Origin: a virus
IMG/VR virus record: IMGVR_UViG_3300037046_000297
Span: 3,258 to 67,257 of that record
Direction: 5' to 3' (one strand)
Length of the DNA stretch: 64,000 bases
A model generated the notes under the pieces. It saw only the letters and a list, made by a program, of their open reading frames with translations, was not told the origin of the DNA and searched no databases. A program made the translations under genes and the position numbers. Positions 63,801-64,000 of this stretch are shown piece after piece; the stretch's first letter is position 1; every line of letters starts with the position of its first letter.

Positions 63801-64000
63801 TGGGCGATGAACCGCACTGGTCCATAGTGGTGCACCCATTGTGGGACACGGATGCCATGCCGGGAATCGTTGAGGATGCCTGGAACGCCCTTGATGGGCT
63901 CAAGGTCAAGCGGGTCTTCTCTAACACCTTCGAATTGGCCAGACGTCAGATCAGGGAGCGGCAGCGGTTGCTGACCCGAAAGACATGGAAGGACGCTTGA
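57893..64000 (+). CDS. druE: DruE-like SF2 helicase with C-terminal DUF1998
   Basis: TSGTGSGKTE, YPMNALVEDQ, LDELH, FSDSRQDAA, TTTMEVGIDIG, QRVGRAGR, CDQSCYRCL; 2035 aa. Confidence 0.75.
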   Translation: MQDPIGGFERIRDFYITYTETAFRIRDPGVTRERRDLLESPGSLCTEPLLEPIPRYEPDYLIESLATDVAEDPRVPGFSPQARRAFVDLTLSGLLDGNVTEEGKRVSSFKIYEHQATMLKRGVQEGLPGIVTSGTGSGKTEAFLLPIFARIVKEAIGWPAPRDGFLKNRWWQRPDSRPYAKYTEIPEHLRPSKKRPDSTPFRIQREGEHPERPKALRAIVLYPMNALVEDQMTRIRVALDSDEARASMDEHFKGNRIFFGRYTSMTKVTGFHVHPRPNVDEVNGQPEYGRRTRKLQELFTACVAMQETQERAREIDGKGGGEDEEVRYLFPSVDGGELTSRWDIQETPPDILITNISMLNAILAREVDSLIIDKTRDWITTNDDAYFYLVLDELHLQRGSAGTEVCYLLRLLFMRLGLTDPAHRHKLRILASSASLPTEGKSGEDSLQYLWDMFGVHGTWSKTSGRPSDPNAVWKESIVPGRSVDEVPSGRHRLDPTPFRALLDASRATSRDVAKLVPPSTAEPLWRDVHAALFQRVSPPEIRELVAACSVEAARRVARACWSESEGRYRAKTVSDLAEKLFGSREGGWSVALQGLLLVRGAVELFSGWWPDSMVPNASSFRVHTFFRSIEGLFAAVSDSSSIPKEHQSPQRVIGPMTVDRGVRFQKVSDGGVGNRVVELVYCECCGELFLAGSKGEDPKGEFVEMLPCEPELEGLPDSAAQQFFEDLSAKEFALFWPTEKNPLFWPNADRTPEDPQVGVWKKAVYDPRSARVRFTSVTSGSVTPGYVRGFFYHRDEAGKDSHKRNGSAPGTAVPYECPSCASDYSGRDLRFRLSPIRNFRAGFAKTTQLLSTEMFGLLRIEEVTPKLVSFSDSRQDAARAALDIEARRHQDLWRELLVRELRKVDAARPQKEDLERRIKELTVQIPQAWTSGEPGSTDKAMALTEEMKFASDALKKANRDEIPLSEVLESNKATGDFFMRREDGRKPLKPMLAGFVGIGVHPVSPTGVGWIQAEGDKWYTWEKLFTIDAAKRADWRDYTTDSAQINVNTARHGLVSKAQKLVTEVIFNKTYFSLEETGLGYPCVPSQFPPERRTVLDAFLRVLGDAYRLSDSPWANKPSDYSAEWSSSAEIGPKHRVRRFSQAIWSDDDLVNEELDRVLEDLSLAGHKGGYVSTSALYFRLVGDDHPFWRCPNCGRVHLHRGAGRCTRCQEALPETADGKAQDLRRTSFLAKRIERDDRTFRLRCEELTGQTDDPADRQRRFKGILIEDDPEPLLELARVVDLLTVTTTMEVGIDIGPLRAVFQANMPPQRFNYQQRVGRAGRRKRAYSMALTICRSKSHDLHYFWHPESITGDDPPPPFLTKSQSTAALRFVRKAWMCKAFENIRNDCQSKGLPYPGDNIKPPDIHGEFVPMRMFFNHTLGWKTRLRNELEATKAYRRKVQDILFEDSSLVSDSTPESYDVGDLLKEIADVQGSGIEERGLAHTLAEAGLLPMYGMPTRVRNLYCNHQRQDKEVPNRRWETIDRDLDLAIYEFAPGSVLVKDKLQHLCIGFTGPITDFRDWARKGTTIPVSPMGPAFTESFWMVQCTKCGAWSRFLSKPEPGEQECGACGGMVDRQRATECRVPSGFRTDFSPRSFDDEVVESRKHRSLTAEGMPLRMSDDPNSNLSYSCETKSRTYRLNRGRRVEDDSARWEGFGASGGSERLKRARQCLLNGQFIGDGQSTHGDFQPDPAADSFNGIWLAAPKTTDSLFVAPKLVPQGLRPNLWGSEIERDPAIRAAALSATFILVHRAALELDVDPDEFDVVEPRMGKPGGRSAVPILQFTDHLINGAGFCERLAKTEDSGSPMIAKLIGSIIQDEHEYPLKDFLKIETKPNQYDHREQCDQSCYRCLQRYGNQMYHGLLDWRLGLDFLQMMHDPDYKCGYDGNFEGPALEDWPKLAARYADEMIRFEIGKGEVKNVGGLVAFRLGDEPHWSIVVHPLWDTDAMPGIVEDAWNALDGLKVKRVFSNTFELARRQIRERQRLLTRKTWKDA

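Overview
Most of the window (1 to ~50.5 kb) is part of a lambda-like (GpA terminase/gpE capsid) siphoviral prophage. The host is probably a Desulfobacterota bacterium; this is inferred only from repeat style. No integrase or att site is visible. The prophage carries recombination genes, terminase, a replication initiator and DnaB, head, tail and lysis modules, two B12-radical SAM genes and a second cluster of virion-accessory genes. Between dnaB and the head genes lies a ~14 kb accessory block with five parts: (1) two paralogous small genes behind a sigma54-type promoter; (2) an IS with a TTAG duplication; (3) a ~7 kb non-coding array of more than 30 covarying, modular hairpins; (4) a lambda-like cosQ/cosN site where that array ends; (5) an integrase-less integron (intI C-terminal stub, attI-like site, attC sites) holding HEPN/Toprim-type cassettes. 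From 51 kb to the end is a more GC-rich defence operon resembling type II Druantia (Dcm, Vsr, two large proteins, DUF1998 helicase). The most unusual unexplained feature is the hairpin array, which would sit at the last-packaged, first-injected end of the virion DNA. All calls come from reading motifs by eye; no database search was run.
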